A stretch of 64,000 nucleotides of DNA from Candidatus Saccharimonadota bacterium (lineage in GTDB: Bacteria; Patescibacteriota; Saccharimonadia; Saccharimonadales; Saccharimonadaceae). Below are positions 38,404-48,484 of the stretch, piece after piece (within the stretch, counting starts at the first letter, position 1; every line of letters starts with the position of its first letter). The notes under the pieces were generated by a model. It made no database searches and was not told where the DNA came from. It saw only the letters and a list, made by a program, of their open reading frames with translations. The position numbers and the translations under genes are program-made. The stretch lies in the NCBI GenBank assembly GCA_017512925.1, contig JAFWEN010000002.1, positions 160,502-224,501 of the forward strand, written 5' to 3'.

Positions 38404-39539
38404 AAGTCGCGTTGGTCTGCGATTGGTTGACAAATGTGGGTGGGGCGGAAAAGGTGTTGCTGGAACTACATCATCTGTACCCGAAGGCGCCGATTTATAC
38501 CTCGCAATATAATCCGCGGAAGATTGATTGGTTTTGTGATGCTGATGTGAGAACTGGATGGCTGCAGGTGTTCCCATCTGTGATGCGGCGGTTTTTGGGA
38601 CCGCTCCGATTTCGGTATTTTTCGCGACTAGATTTGTCGGAGTATGATTTGATTATTTCGGTAACAGGGGCGGAAGCGAAAGCTGTGAAGTCTGGAAAGT
38701 GGCTTCACGAGAATGGAGTGCCAGGTGTGAAGTGCCCGAATGGGCTTCACATCTCTTATTGTCATGTGCCGACGCAGTATTATTGGCAGATGTATGATGA
38801 ATATGTAGAGAACCCGGGGTTTGGAATTCTGAATCCGTTGGTGCGAGTGTGCTTTAAGGCGCTGGTAAAACCATTAAGAAAGCGAGATTACGAGGCGGCG
38901 CAGCGGGTGGATGATTTTTTGACGATTAGTGAGTACGCGAAAGAGTTAATTGCGAAATACTACAAGCGAGATGCGGTGGTAATTTATCCGCCGGTAGATA
39001 CTGGTAGTTTTAAATACGAAAATAATACAATAAAAAATTATTATATTGTTACTTCTCGACAGGTGAATTGGAAGAGAATTGACCTGGCGGTGAAGGCGTG
39101 CGCGAGGACGGGGAGGGAATTGTTAGTGGTGGGGGAGGGGCCGGAACATGCGAAACTTGTTAAAATGACAGAAAAATGTAAAAATGTCAAATTTTTGCCG
39201 TTGCAGGGGAGGGAAGCATTGGCGGAATTATTGGCGGGAGCTAAGGGAATGATTTTTCCGAGTATGGAACCGTTTGGAATTGCGCCGGTGGAGGCGCTAG
39301 CGGCGGGGTGTCCGGTGATTGCTTTTGGTGAAGGCGGAGCGCTGGATTATGTGAAAGATGGGGAAAATGGGGTATTGTTTGAAAAACAAACGATTAATTC
39401 CCTTGTCGGGGTGCTGGATAGATTTGAGAAGATGAAATTTGATAGGAAAAAGGTATCAAAGAGTGCGGAAAAATTTGCGAAAAAAAGATTTGATAATGAG
39501 ATAAAGGAATTTATAAATGAAAAAGTTGGCAATAGTTAA
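38400..39539 (+). CDS. GT4 family glycosyltransferase
   Basis: DWL..VGGAE; EPFGIAPVEALAAG. Confidence 0.9.
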   Translation: MKVALVCDWLTNVGGAEKVLLELHHLYPKAPIYTSQYNPRKIDWFCDADVRTGWLQVFPSVMRRFLGPLRFRYFSRLDLSEYDLIISVTGAEAKAVKSGKWLHENGVPGVKCPNGLHISYCHVPTQYYWQMYDEYVENPGFGILNPLVRVCFKALVKPLRKRDYEAAQRVDDFLTISEYAKELIAKYYKRDAVVIYPPVDTGSFKYENNTIKNYYIVTSRQVNWKRIDLAVKACARTGRELLVVGEGPEHAKLVKMTEKCKNVKFLPLQGREALAELLAGAKGMIFPSMEPFGIAPVEALAAGCPVIAFGEGGALDYVKDGENGVLFEKQTINSLVGVLDRFEKMKFDRKKVSKSAEKFAKKRFDNEIKEFINEKVGNS

Positions 39540-40968
39540 AATAATGCAGTTTTTGGTTTATATATTGCCGGCGGCGCTGTTTTTGTCGTATTTCCCTGTG
39601 ATTTCACTGGGTGTGGGCGAGACGATGAATTTCGAGCTATCGGTACCTTTGTTATGGTTAATAGTTTTTGATGTGGTGGCGGTGATTGGAGTTTTTAGGC
39701 TGAAGAAAACTAGAATGATTGCTGGGAAATGGTATTATTATTTGTTTCCGTTTTTTGTGACTTTGTCGGTGTTCTGGTCGTCCAATGTGGTGAGGGGGGT
39801 GCTGACGCTTGGCGTGATGTGGGCGGTGATTGTAGCGGTAGTGGCGTTTGTAATTTTTAGGAAAGAGATACTTGATGGAGAGTTTAAAAGAAAGTTCTGG
39901 AAGTGGTTTTTTGGGGCGGCTTTGGTGGCGTGCGTTTGGTGCTTTGCGCAGTGTATTTTGGATCTTGCGGGGGTAACGCGAGAATATAGTTTGATGTGTC
40001 TGGGGTGCACGTATCGGTCGTTTGGGTTTCCGCATCCGAATGGGTTTGCGATAGAGCCGCAGTTTATGGGAAATTTGTTGCTGGCGCCGACGATAATATG
40101 TGTATGGTTGTTAGTCAATAAAACCAAACTTTTCTCGAGCGTTTCGCGCGGGGCGCTTCGCGCTCCGGTTGCACTACGCTTATACTCTTCGAAAAGTTTG
40201 GTTTTATTGACTTTCATCTTTACTGCGACGCTTTTCCTGACGTTTTCGCGTGGGGCGATTTATGCGTTTGGAGTGGGATTGATATTTATGAGCTGCTACT
40301 TAATTACCAAAGCGAATAAACGTATGGTAGTGGCAAAACGGGTGGGAATGGCGTGGTTTGTCGTGGTTTTTTCTTTTTTATTTACGCTCAATTTGCAAGG
40401 GGTTATGGCCGAGATTAGCTCTACGGATGAGGGTTATGTTGATGGTATTTCGCGGGTGGTTAGTCAATTGTCGCTTGGAGCTATTAATATAAAGATAAAT
40501 GAAAGTGATGAAGTTGTGGAAAATTCTGTGGAAAACTTTTCAGAGGAGGCAGTGTTTGATGGATATGTGCCAGAATCTACAGATGTAAGATTGAAGCTAA
40601 CCTCTGTGGCGTTGGAGTTGTGGCGAAGTGATGTGCGTGTAATGTTGTTTGGCGTAGGAATTGGAGGTGCGGGACAGGCGCTATATGAAGCAGGGTTGAT
40701 TGATTCCCCGAAAGAAATCGTGCAAAATGAATACACAAGCCTACTATTAGAGGTAGGGGCGGTAGGAATTATGCTTGTAATTATAACATTGGTTGGCGTT
40801 TTGAGATGGATGTGGAGATTATCTGGATTTTCTATGGTTATACCGCTGGTGGTGGCGTATGGTGTTTCCCTTTGCTTTTTCTCTGGACTACCGAACGCGT
40901 TGCATATTTATCTGTTGCCGATAGTTCTCTGTTTGGTATGTGGTAAGGATAAAAAAGCCCTCGCGTAG
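39517..40968 (+). CDS. O-antigen ligase-family polytopic membrane protein
   Basis: Multiple TMs; GFAIEPQF.G, LTFSRGA, LFGVGIG, QNEY..LLLEVG. Confidence 0.82.
   Translation: MKKLAIVKIMQFLVYILPAALFLSYFPVISLGVGETMNFELSVPLLWLIVFDVVAVIGVFRLKKTRMIAGKWYYYLFPFFVTLSVFWSSNVVRGVLTLGVMWAVIVAVVAFVIFRKEILDGEFKRKFWKWFFGAALVACVWCFAQCILDLAGVTREYSLMCLGCTYRSFGFPHPNGFAIEPQFMGNLLLAPTIICVWLLVNKTKLFSSVSRGALRAPVALRLYSSKSLVLLTFIFTATLFLTFSRGAIYAFGVGLIFMSCYLITKANKRMVVAKRVGMAWFVVVFSFLFTLNLQGVMAEISSTDEGYVDGISRVVSQLSLGAINIKINESDEVVENSVENFSEEAVFDGYVPESTDVRLKLTSVALELWRSDVRVMLFGVGIGGAGQALYEAGLIDSPKEIVQNEYTSLLLEVGAVGIMLVIITLVGVLRWMWRLSGFSMVIPLVVAYGVSLCFFSGLPNALHIYLLPIVLCLVCGKDKKALA
40113..40212. repeat. 100-bp palindromic element inside the ligase CDS
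   Basis: Perfect 22-bp terminal inverted repeat AGTCAATAAAACCAAACTTTTC / GAAAAGTTTGGTTTTATTGACT around a GC-rich hairpin core. Confidence 0.85.
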
Positions 40969-40984
40969 ACGAGGGCGGAGCGTT

Positions 40985-41596
40985 TTACTTGCGATAAGAG
41001 GCGAGGGCTTTGGCGATAATTTCGTCGAGAGATAGCAGGACGCCTTTTTTGCAGTACTTTTCGGCCAAGTGGCGGAGTTTGCTGCGGAAATGTTTTTTGC
41101 TCCACATTAAATTAGAAAATTCTTCTATTGAGATTTTGCCTTTGGGGACGGGGCCATCTTTGGCCGATGGGATTATCCCGAGACCGAGTCTGGCAGACCA
41201 GTAATTCAGGACGTTTAAGGATGTGTGAAAATCTTTTCGGCGAACGTAAATTTCGGTTACGATTTTTCTGTCGTCGCCATTAAAGTATGCCTTGGCGGCT
41301 TTTCGGGCGTTTTCACTACCATCTACGGTCCCGGCGCGCATGCCAATAATCTTGGCTAGATTGCCATGCTTGTAGGTGGTATTGATTAGCGCGTCATAGT
41401 ATTGTGATATGCTGAACTGGTCTGGCTTTGTGATAAGGAATATTTCCATTTCAATGGCCGAGACGTAGTTGTCGATGATGCTAGTGCCGTAGATTTCAAC
41501 GAACTCTTCGACCGGCATGGTTTCAGGTTCGTCGTCGCCTTCGTGAAAAAGTAAAACTTCAGCTCCATTATCTGATAATTTAGCTTCAAATGACAT
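40985..41596 (-). CDS. Hypothetical protein
   Basis: 203-aa ORF with a strong GGAGGTGA RBS. Confidence 0.65.
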   Translation of the reverse strand: MSFEAKLSDNGAEVLLFHEGDDEPETMPVEEFVEIYGTSIIDNYVSAIEMEIFLITKPDQFSISQYYDALINTTYKHGNLAKIIGMRAGTVDGSENARKAAKAYFNGDDRKIVTEIYVRRKDFHTSLNVLNYWSARLGLGIIPSAKDGPVPKGKISIEEFSNLMWSKKHFRSKLRHLAEKYCKKGVLLSLDEIIAKALASYRK

Positions 41597-41694
41597 TATA
41601 TCACCTCCCCTGTTCGAAGCTAGGTACGATAATCCTCAAAAAGGATTTGCTATAATGATAATATAATTAGCTTATTTTTGCAAGCATAAGGGGA

Positions 41695-42138
41695 TTAGTC
41701 AATGACTTTGCGGAAGAAGTTGGTGTCGTAAACTTCGGCGCCGTGGTGCTTGTAGAATTCTTGAGAAGCTTCGCGACCTTGGCCACAGGTGAACTCTAAG
41801 TTTTTGCAGCCGTGGGCGGCGGTCCAATCTAGCATGGCGTCCCACATGGCGGAGCCGACACCTTGACCGCGAACTGACTGGTCGGTGACGAAATCTTCTA
41901 GGTAGGCGTTTTTGCGGATGCCGGGACCCATGGTTACAGATAATGTGGCGATGCCGATAATTTTGCCATTGTCGTCATAAGCAATTAACATGTCGTGGAA
42001 AGGGGAATTGATGAGGTCATTAAACCATTCTTCGGGGATTTCGCCTTTATCCTTGCCAGAGCGAGATAATTGAATCAATAATTCCCTGATACGGGTGGCA
42101 ATTTCTGGGGTGTATTGGTCTAGACATTTAATATTCAT
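41695..42138 (-). CDS. GNAT acetyltransferase (GNA1-like)
   Basis: AYLEDFVTD..VRGQGVG, FYKHHG. Confidence 0.85.
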   Translation of the reverse strand: MNIKCLDQYTPEIATRIRELLIQLSRSGKDKGEIPEEWFNDLINSPFHDMLIAYDDNGKIIGIATLSVTMGPGIRKNAYLEDFVTDQSVRGQGVGSAMWDAMLDWTAAHGCKNLEFTCGQGREASQEFYKHHGAEVYDTNFFRKVID

Positions 42139-43451
42139 AAAATTTCTCCTAATTTAGCTTTTAGTTCGTTAGCGAGTTTGGCGATTTCAGATTTGTTATT
42201 CCCCCACATGGTGATGCGGATAAGTGGCTCGGTGCCAGAAGGACGGACAAGCAGGCGACCATCTACGGATTTGAGCTTCTCGTCGTAATCTAGGAGAAGC
42301 TTCTTTGCTTCTGGATCTTCCTTAAGAGCTTGCTTTTGTTCTGGGGCGGCGTCTAGATTAACTATGACTTGCGGAAATTTAGCCATGACGGAGGCGAGTT
42401 CGTGAAGAGATTTGCCAGTGGCGGATGCGATTTTGGCGACCATGAGGGAAGTGAGAATGCCGTCTCCAGTAGGTTCGCCTGGAAGAATGATATGGCCGGA
42501 TTGTTCCCCGCCGATTTTGATGGCATGAGTGCGCATAGCTTCAGCGACGTTGGAATCACCGACGGCGGTGATTTCTGCGTGGACTGAATTATCTTTGGCC
42601 CAGTTTAAGAGACCTTGGTTTGCCATGACGGTAATTGCAATGGCGTCAAGCTGTAAGTAATTGGCGAGAATAGCGATAATCTGGTCGCCGTCAATTTCCT
42701 GACCCTCGTTATCAATCATAAGGCAACGATCGCCATCGCCATCGTAGGCAATGCCAAAATTTAGGTTTTCAGATTTTACGAGTTCGGCAAGTTGCTCTAG
42801 ATGAGTGGAACCGCAATCTTTATTGATGCTTTGGCCATAATTAGCGTCAGTATTGATGAGTTCAACCTTGGCGCCGAGCTGTTCAAAGATAATTTTATTG
42901 ATGACACTGGTGGCGCCATTAGCGCAGTCCATGCCAAGATGTAGTTTCGTGAGGTTGGTGGAGCCGAGGTAGGTTAGAAGGTGTTCTTTATAGAGATCAA
43001 TAGCATCTTTATGCAAATCGTCGTGGATGGTGAGCGAGATAAGCTCGGGGATTTGGGCTTCGTCTATGGCTTGCTCAATAATTTCGCAAGCGTGTTCGGA
43101 AAGTTTTTGGCCGGAATTGGCACTACGTTCAAAAATTTTGATACCGTTATCAGTGTAAGGATTATGTGAAGCAGTGACGTCGATGGCAAAATCGTAACCC
43201 ATTTGGTAAAAACAATAATTAATGGCTGGAGTGGGGAGAACGCCGACATTGTCATACTCTATGCCGAAAGTTTCAAGAGCTTTGGAAAGGTCTTGTAAAA
43301 TCCATTCGGTGGATTCGCGAGTGTCGCCGCCAATGAGAACTTTGATTCCATCGCCAGCGTAATTAATAAGACCTTTGATAATTTTAGCGAGGAATTCGGG
43401 AGTAAACATTTCTGCTTTGCTACGAATGCCATCGGTACCGAAGTATTTCAT
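42135..43451 (-). CDS. glmM: Phosphoglucosamine mutase
   Basis: YFGTDGIR, TASHNP, DGDGDR, GGEQSGH, VRPSGTEP. Confidence 0.88.
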   Translation of the reverse strand: MKYFGTDGIRSKAEMFTPEFLAKIIKGLINYAGDGIKVLIGGDTRESTEWILQDLSKALETFGIEYDNVGVLPTPAINYCFYQMGYDFAIDVTASHNPYTDNGIKIFERSANSGQKLSEHACEIIEQAIDEAQIPELISLTIHDDLHKDAIDLYKEHLLTYLGSTNLTKLHLGMDCANGATSVINKIIFEQLGAKVELINTDANYGQSINKDCGSTHLEQLAELVKSENLNFGIAYDGDGDRCLMIDNEGQEIDGDQIIAILANYLQLDAIAITVMANQGLLNWAKDNSVHAEITAVGDSNVAEAMRTHAIKIGGEQSGHIILPGEPTGDGILTSLMVAKIASATGKSLHELASVMAKFPQVIVNLDAAPEQKQALKEDPEAKKLLLDYDEKLKSVDGRLLVRPSGTEPLIRITMWGNNKSEIAKLANELKAKLGEIL

Positions 43452-44224
43452 AGTGATTTCCTTTCGTGTAATTTTTGGATAACTTTAATGGTCAGTATGG
43501 TATCATCTACGGTGCTGCCGCGAGAAAGATCGGCGAGGGGACGGTTGAAACCTTGGACGATTGGGCCAGCAATGGTGAAACCGCCAAAACGCTCTAACGC
43601 TTTATATAGAATATTGCCAGAATTGAGATCTGGAACGATGAGGATGTTGGCGCGGCCTTCAAGTGGACTGTTTGGAGTTTTCTTGGCGGCAACAGTCGGA
43701 TTAATGGCGGCATCAAGCTGCATTTCTCCGTCAATTAGCCAGTTTGGATGTTGCTCGCGGATTTTAGTGATAACGAAGTGGATTTTTTCTAGATCTGGGT
43801 TTTTGCCACCGGAGCCGTAAGTAGAATAGGAAAGCATCGCGATACGGGGCTGTTCGTCGTAGTAAGTCTCAAATGTAATGGCGGTGTCTTCTACTATGCA
43901 GTAAAATTTATTAGCATCTGGGAGTTTATTAACGCCACCGTCGGCGAGGGCGAAGTGCTCTTCGTTGCTGGTAACCGGATTAATACGTTCACAGATGAAG
44001 CAACTGGAGAAGAATTTAGATTTAAGCGGGATGCGGTCTTTGTAAGCGATGAGTACATCTCTTGAAGAATAGTCGAGGCCGGAAATCATGGAATCCACCT
44101 TTCCATTTGTGAGCGTTTTTACGGCTGTTTCTAGGTTTGGTGCAGGAAAAAACTCGATATCGGGGAAGTGTTTGGTTGCTTCCGCCGCTACCGAGTTTTC
44201 TAGCTCTGGAAATATGATTTTCAT
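43448..44224 (-). CDS. pta: Short phosphate acetyltransferase
   Basis: IAMLSYST.GS, DGEMQLDAA, PDLNSGNI.YK, DLSRG; 258 aa. Confidence 0.85.
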   Translation of the reverse strand: MKIIFPELENSVAAEATKHFPDIEFFPAPNLETAVKTLTNGKVDSMISGLDYSSRDVLIAYKDRIPLKSKFFSSCFICERINPVTSNEEHFALADGGVNKLPDANKFYCIVEDTAITFETYYDEQPRIAMLSYSTYGSGGKNPDLEKIHFVITKIREQHPNWLIDGEMQLDAAINPTVAAKKTPNSPLEGRANILIVPDLNSGNILYKALERFGGFTIAGPIVQGFNRPLADLSRGSTVDDTILTIKVIQKLHERKSL

Positions 44225-44269
44225 AAGGTAATTATAACATCAAAATGTCTCGAAAATTGCATTTTGATG

Positions 44270-46159
44270 TTATTTGTCTACGACTTCACCTTCGACAGGT
44301 TCGTCTTTGTCGTCGGACTTTTTATCGTCTTCTGATTGGGAACTGTCCTTGGAGGCTTCTTGATACATCTTCGCGCCGATTGGCATGATTTTGTCATTCA
44401 AGTCCTTGACGGCTTGTTCGAGAGTATCTTTGTCGGCTTTCTCGTCGTTCAAAACTTTCTTAGCTTCTTCGACGGCTTTTTTGATAGTTTCCTTGTCGTT
44501 GTCGCTGATTTTGTCCTTATACTCGTCTGGCATTTTTTCAGCTTGGTAGATAGCATTCTCTAGCTGATTCTTGGCGTCGACGGCGTCTTTCTTTTTCTTG
44601 TCTTCTTCGGCATGCATTTCGGCTTCTTTCTGAGCCTTCTCGATATCCTCTTTGCTCATGTTGCCGGAGTTCTGGATAGTGATGGATTGCTCTTTGCCAG
44701 TTCCCTTATCTTTGGCGGTGACATTTAGGATGCCGTTTGCGTCAAGACTGAAGGTAACTTCAATCTGAGGGATGCCACGCGGAGCTGGAGCGATGCCATC
44801 TAGGATGAAGCGGCCGAGAGACTTGTTGTCCTTGGCAAATTCGCGCTCGCCTTGAAGAACGTGAATTTCTACCTGTGGCTGATTGTCAGAAGCGGTAGAG
44901 AAGACCTGAGATTTGCTGGTAGGAATGGTAGTGTTACGGTCAATCAACGGAGTGCGGACGCCGCCCATGGTCTCAATGCCGAGAGTGAGTGGAGTGACGT
45001 CGAGAAGTAGAACGTCCTTGACGTCGCCCTGAAGAACACCGCCTTGGATGGCTGCACCGACGGCAACGACTTCGTCTGGGTTTACGCCTTGCATTGGGTC
45101 TTTTCCGAAGATTTTCTTGACTTTCTCGACTACGGCTGGCATACGAGTCATACCACCGACCATGACGATTTCTTTGATGTCTTTGGTTTCTAGTTTAGCG
45201 TCTTTGAGGGCTTTTTCTACTGGGGTAGCGAGGCGATCCAAAAGTGGCTGGACGAGTTCTTCGAGCTTGGCACGAGTCAAAGTGTATTCAAAGTGCTTCG
45301 GGCCGTCGGCATCAGCAGATAAGAATGGGAGATTAATATCAGTAGAGGTGGAGCTGGAGAGTTCCTTCTTGGCTTTCTCGGCTTCATCTTTGACGCGTTG
45401 CATAGCGGCGGCATCTTTCTTAATATCAATGCCGGATTCCTTCTTGAATTCATCTACGAGGAAGTTGACAAGGATGTTGTCGAAATCTTCACCACCGAGG
45501 TGAGTGTCACCGTTGGTGGAGAGAACTTCAAACACACCGTCGCCGATATCCATGATGCTGACGTCAAAAGTACCACCACCGAGGTCGAAGACAGCGATTT
45601 TCTCATCTTTCTTGCCTTCTAGACCATAAGCGAGAGCTGCGGCGGTAGGCTCATTAATAATACGCTTGACTTCTAGGCCGGCGATTTTACCAGCATCCTT
45701 GGTAGCTTGGCGCTGAGAATCGTCAAAGTAAGCCGGAACCGTGATAATAGCTTCGGTGACTTTCTCACCGAGGAAGGCTTCCGCGTCGGCCTTGATTTTA
45801 GAGAGAATCATAGCGCTGATTTCCTCTGGAGTGTATTCCTTACCATCCATTTCGACGGCTACGCCGTTGCCCTTCTTGACGATTTTGTAGGGGCAGATTT
45901 CTACGTCGCGCTGGACTTCGTTGTCCTCAAATTTGCGACCGATTAGACGCTTGATGCCGTAAATGGTATTTTTTGGATTGGTGACGCGCTGACGCTGAGC
46001 GACTTTACCAACTAGGCGCTCGCCTTTCTTGGTGACGGCGACTACTGATGGAGTGGTGCGATCGCCCTCGCTATTAGTGATAACTTCTGGTTTGCCGGCA
46101 ACCATATAGGCGAAGGCGCTGTTGGTGGTGCCAAGGTCAATACCGATTATTTTACTCAT
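44270..46159 (-). CDS. dnaK: Chaperone DnaK
   Basis: [34 protein letters not shown]. Confidence 0.99.
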   Translation of the reverse strand: MSKIIGIDLGTTNSAFAYMVAGKPEVITNSEGDRTTPSVVAVTKKGERLVGKVAQRQRVTNPKNTIYGIKRLIGRKFEDNEVQRDVEICPYKIVKKGNGVAVEMDGKEYTPEEISAMILSKIKADAEAFLGEKVTEAIITVPAYFDDSQRQATKDAGKIAGLEVKRIINEPTAAALAYGLEGKKDEKIAVFDLGGGTFDVSIMDIGDGVFEVLSTNGDTHLGGEDFDNILVNFLVDEFKKESGIDIKKDAAAMQRVKDEAEKAKKELSSSTSTDINLPFLSADADGPKHFEYTLTRAKLEELVQPLLDRLATPVEKALKDAKLETKDIKEIVMVGGMTRMPAVVEKVKKIFGKDPMQGVNPDEVVAVGAAIQGGVLQGDVKDVLLLDVTPLTLGIETMGGVRTPLIDRNTTIPTSKSQVFSTASDNQPQVEIHVLQGEREFAKDNKSLGRFILDGIAPAPRGIPQIEVTFSLDANGILNVTAKDKGTGKEQSITIQNSGNMSKEDIEKAQKEAEMHAEEDKKKKDAVDAKNQLENAIYQAEKMPDEYKDKISDNDKETIKKAVEEAKKVLNDEKADKDTLEQAVKDLNDKIMPIGAKMYQEASKDSSQSEDDKKSDDKDEPVEGEVVDK

Positions 46160-46174
46160 ATTTTATCTCCTTTT

Positions 46175-46201
46175 CTAGCACTCGTTAGGTAAGAGTGCTA
46201 A
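46175..46201. promoter_or_regulatory. CIRCE 1 upstream of dnaK
   Basis: CTAGCACTC-N9-GAGTGCTAA. Confidence 0.9.
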
Positions 46202-46223
46202 TTGATAATTCTATTGTATAGCA

Positions 46224-46250
46224 TTGGCACTCGTTTGTCAATAGTGCTAA
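46224..46250. promoter_or_regulatory. CIRCE 2 overlapping the dnaK -35
   Basis: TTGGCACTC-N9-TAGTGCTAA; minus-strand TTGACA (46236-46241), 17 nt, TACAAT (46213-46218). Confidence 0.75.
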
Positions 46251-46305
46251 AACAGAGGTGATGAAAAAATTAGTTGAATTTTAGTTTATAGTGTATAATA
46301 TGGGT

Positions 46306-47325
46306 ATGGCAATAGAGAGGTTAGTTGAGCCGACGTTGGCTGAGGAAAATACTGAGGAAGAGAAGATCGAGATTTCGCTTCGGCCGACTACTTTTGTTGA
46401 ATACATTGGGCAGGAACATCTGAAGAAAAATATTAAGCTAGCGATAGATGCGGTGAAGAAACGTAATGACGGTACAACTCTAGATCATGTATTATTATAT
46501 GGCCCGCCGGGACTTGGCAAGACGACAATGGCGGGAGTGATTGCACATGAACTAGGTGCATCTCTGAGAGTGACTTCGGGACCGGCAATTGAGCGGGCGG
46601 GGGATTTGGCATCGATTCTAACGAATTTGAAAGATGGTGATGTGTTATTTATTGATGAGATTCACCGATTGAGGCGAACAGTGGAAGAGATTCTATATTC
46701 CGCAATGGAAGATTATAAGCTAGATATCGTGATAGGTAAAGGACCGGCGGCGCGGAGCGTGCGACTGGATTTGCCGCATTTTACGGTGATAGGGGCGACG
46801 ACGCGAACTGGTTCGCTAGCGGGGCCACTCCGGGATAGGTTTGGGATAATACACCGGCTAGAATATTATAAGGAGCCGGAAATTGAGCGGATAATTACTA
46901 GGACAGCGGGGATTTTGAATACGAAAGTAGAGCCAGATGCGACGGCGTTGCTTGCTACGCGCTCGCGCTTGACGCCAAGAATTGCAAACCGGATTTTCAA
47001 GCGAGTCAGGGACTATGCGGACGTGAATGGGGATGGGATTGTGGATAGAGTGATTACGGAAAAGTCGCTGCAACTGATGGAAATTGACGAGTTGGGGCTG
47101 GATCCGGCGGATAGAAATATGCTTCGGCTAATGGAAGAGAATTACGGTGACCGTCCGGTGGGGCTAACGACGATTGCGGCGCTGACGGGGGATGAACCGA
47201 GTACAATAGAAGATTATTATGAGCCATATCTGTTGCAACTTGGGCTCTTGGCGCGTACGCCAAGGGGTAGGATGATTACTGAAAAAGGGAAGCGTCATTT
47301 ACAAAAACAGCAAAATAAGTTATAA
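46306..47325 (+). CDS. ruvB: Holliday junction helicase RuvB
   Basis: LRP..F.EYIGQ, GPPGLGKTT, FIDEIHR, PLRDRFG, EPYLLQ, RTPRGR. Confidence 0.97.
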   Translation: MAIERLVEPTLAEENTEEEKIEISLRPTTFVEYIGQEHLKKNIKLAIDAVKKRNDGTTLDHVLLYGPPGLGKTTMAGVIAHELGASLRVTSGPAIERAGDLASILTNLKDGDVLFIDEIHRLRRTVEEILYSAMEDYKLDIVIGKGPAARSVRLDLPHFTVIGATTRTGSLAGPLRDRFGIIHRLEYYKEPEIERIITRTAGILNTKVEPDATALLATRSRLTPRIANRIFKRVRDYADVNGDGIVDRVITEKSLQLMEIDELGLDPADRNMLRLMEENYGDRPVGLTTIAALTGDEPSTIEDYYEPYLLQLGLLARTPRGRMITEKGKRHLQKQQNKL

Positions 47326-47343
47326 TATATTAAAGGAGACTTA

Positions 47344-47931
47344 ATGGACGAAGGTTTGGTTAAAATCCGAAATGCGAGAAGTAGGAAAGATTTCCCTTTT
47401 TTGAAATTGGAAGATGATGAGTATGTGGAATTTGCTTTCAAGCGAGCGAAAAGTCACTTGATGTTGGTACTGGGTGGTTTGGCATTTGGGCTGGTGATAG
47501 TGCTATTGGCGTTTTTGCTGGTGATCATGGGGCAGGATGTGCTAGATGACATGGGGCGGCATTTTTTGTATATAATATTAGCGACTTTGGTGGCGGCAGT
47601 GTTTTTCGCTGGGGTGTTTGCAATAAAAATTTACAATGGAAATCGGCTTTTCATCACGAATAAACATGCTATACAGCTGGTTAAAACTTCACCGATGTCT
47701 GGGTCTGTAAATATGATTGACTTATCTTCTATCGAGGATGCGAGCTTTAGTAGGAATGGTTTAATACAGACTATGTTCCATTATGGCACTTTTAGACTAT
47801 CTACTGTAGGTGATGAAACAACTTATACGTTCCCTTATGCAGATATTTCGCCAAGTGAGTTGAAAGAGGTATCGGATTTGATTACCGAAGCGAAGAAAAA
47901 ATATCGCACTAACAAAAACGGGGAAACGTAG
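47344..47931 (+). CDS. Membrane protein with a bacterial PH-like domain
   Basis: Two TMs, then ITNK...IEDAS...G.IQTMFHYGT. Confidence 0.7.
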   Translation: MDEGLVKIRNARSRKDFPFLKLEDDEYVEFAFKRAKSHLMLVLGGLAFGLVIVLLAFLLVIMGQDVLDDMGRHFLYIILATLVAAVFFAGVFAIKIYNGNRLFITNKHAIQLVKTSPMSGSVNMIDLSSIEDASFSRNGLIQTMFHYGTFRLSTVGDETTYTFPYADISPSELKEVSDLITEAKKKYRTNKNGET

Positions 47932-47960
47932 GAGGCGATGTGGATTGGCGCGGGCAGGCG

Positions 47961-48350
47961 CTATCTGTTGCGGCTTGATTTGACGTAAGTGTCTTCTTTT
48001 TCTAGGGTGGACTTTAAGACGTATTCTTTGCATTTACCTTCGGTGTTGCAGTTGGCAGGTTCATATGAATAGGAACTGAGAGGATTGCCGAGGTTGAAGC
48101 CGTCTGGGTCGGTCCAGAGAGCCGGGTCGATAACTGTGATGTTCTCTTCGGAAATAGTTTGAGGATAATATTTGTGGTCTTTATAAAAGCTTTCTTCTAG
48201 GGCGTAGTACATGGCGTTAATGGCGGTTTTGCGGCTGCTGTCACGTTCCATGGCGTCCATGTTAGATTTTTGGATGAAGAAAAGAATAAAAAGTAGGGAA
48301 GCAAAAACTGCGACAATGACGAGTTCGATAACAGTAAAGCCTTTTCTCAT
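47961..48350 (-). CDS. Type IV pilin/pseudopilin
   Basis: MRKG^FTVIEL prepilin cleavage motif. Confidence 0.88.
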   Translation of the reverse strand: MRKGFTVIELVIVAVFASLLFILFFIQKSNMDAMERDSSRKTAINAMYYALEESFYKDHKYYPQTISEENITVIDPALWTDPDGFNLGNPLSSYSYEPANCNTEGKCKEYVLKSTLEKEDTYVKSSRNR

Positions 48351-48391
48351 GCTTTTATTATAACACAATTTGTGATATAATTACATTTGTT

Positions 48392-48468
48392 GGTACCGTA
48401 GCTCAGCTGGTTAGAGCGTGGGACTCATAAGCCCGAGGTCGGTGGTTCAATTCCACCCGGTACCACCA
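48392..48468 (+). tRNA. tRNA-Met(CAT), probably elongator
   Basis: Cloverleaf with CT CAT AA loop; paired G1-C72; CCA. Confidence 0.9.
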
Positions 48469-48484
48469 AGACCTTTGGAGGGTC

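Noticed and set aside
40953-41009. Alternative inverted repeats (GCCCTCG/CGAGGGC twice) as a regulatory switch
   Set aside because: They lie between convergent stop codons and are adequately explained as a terminator region
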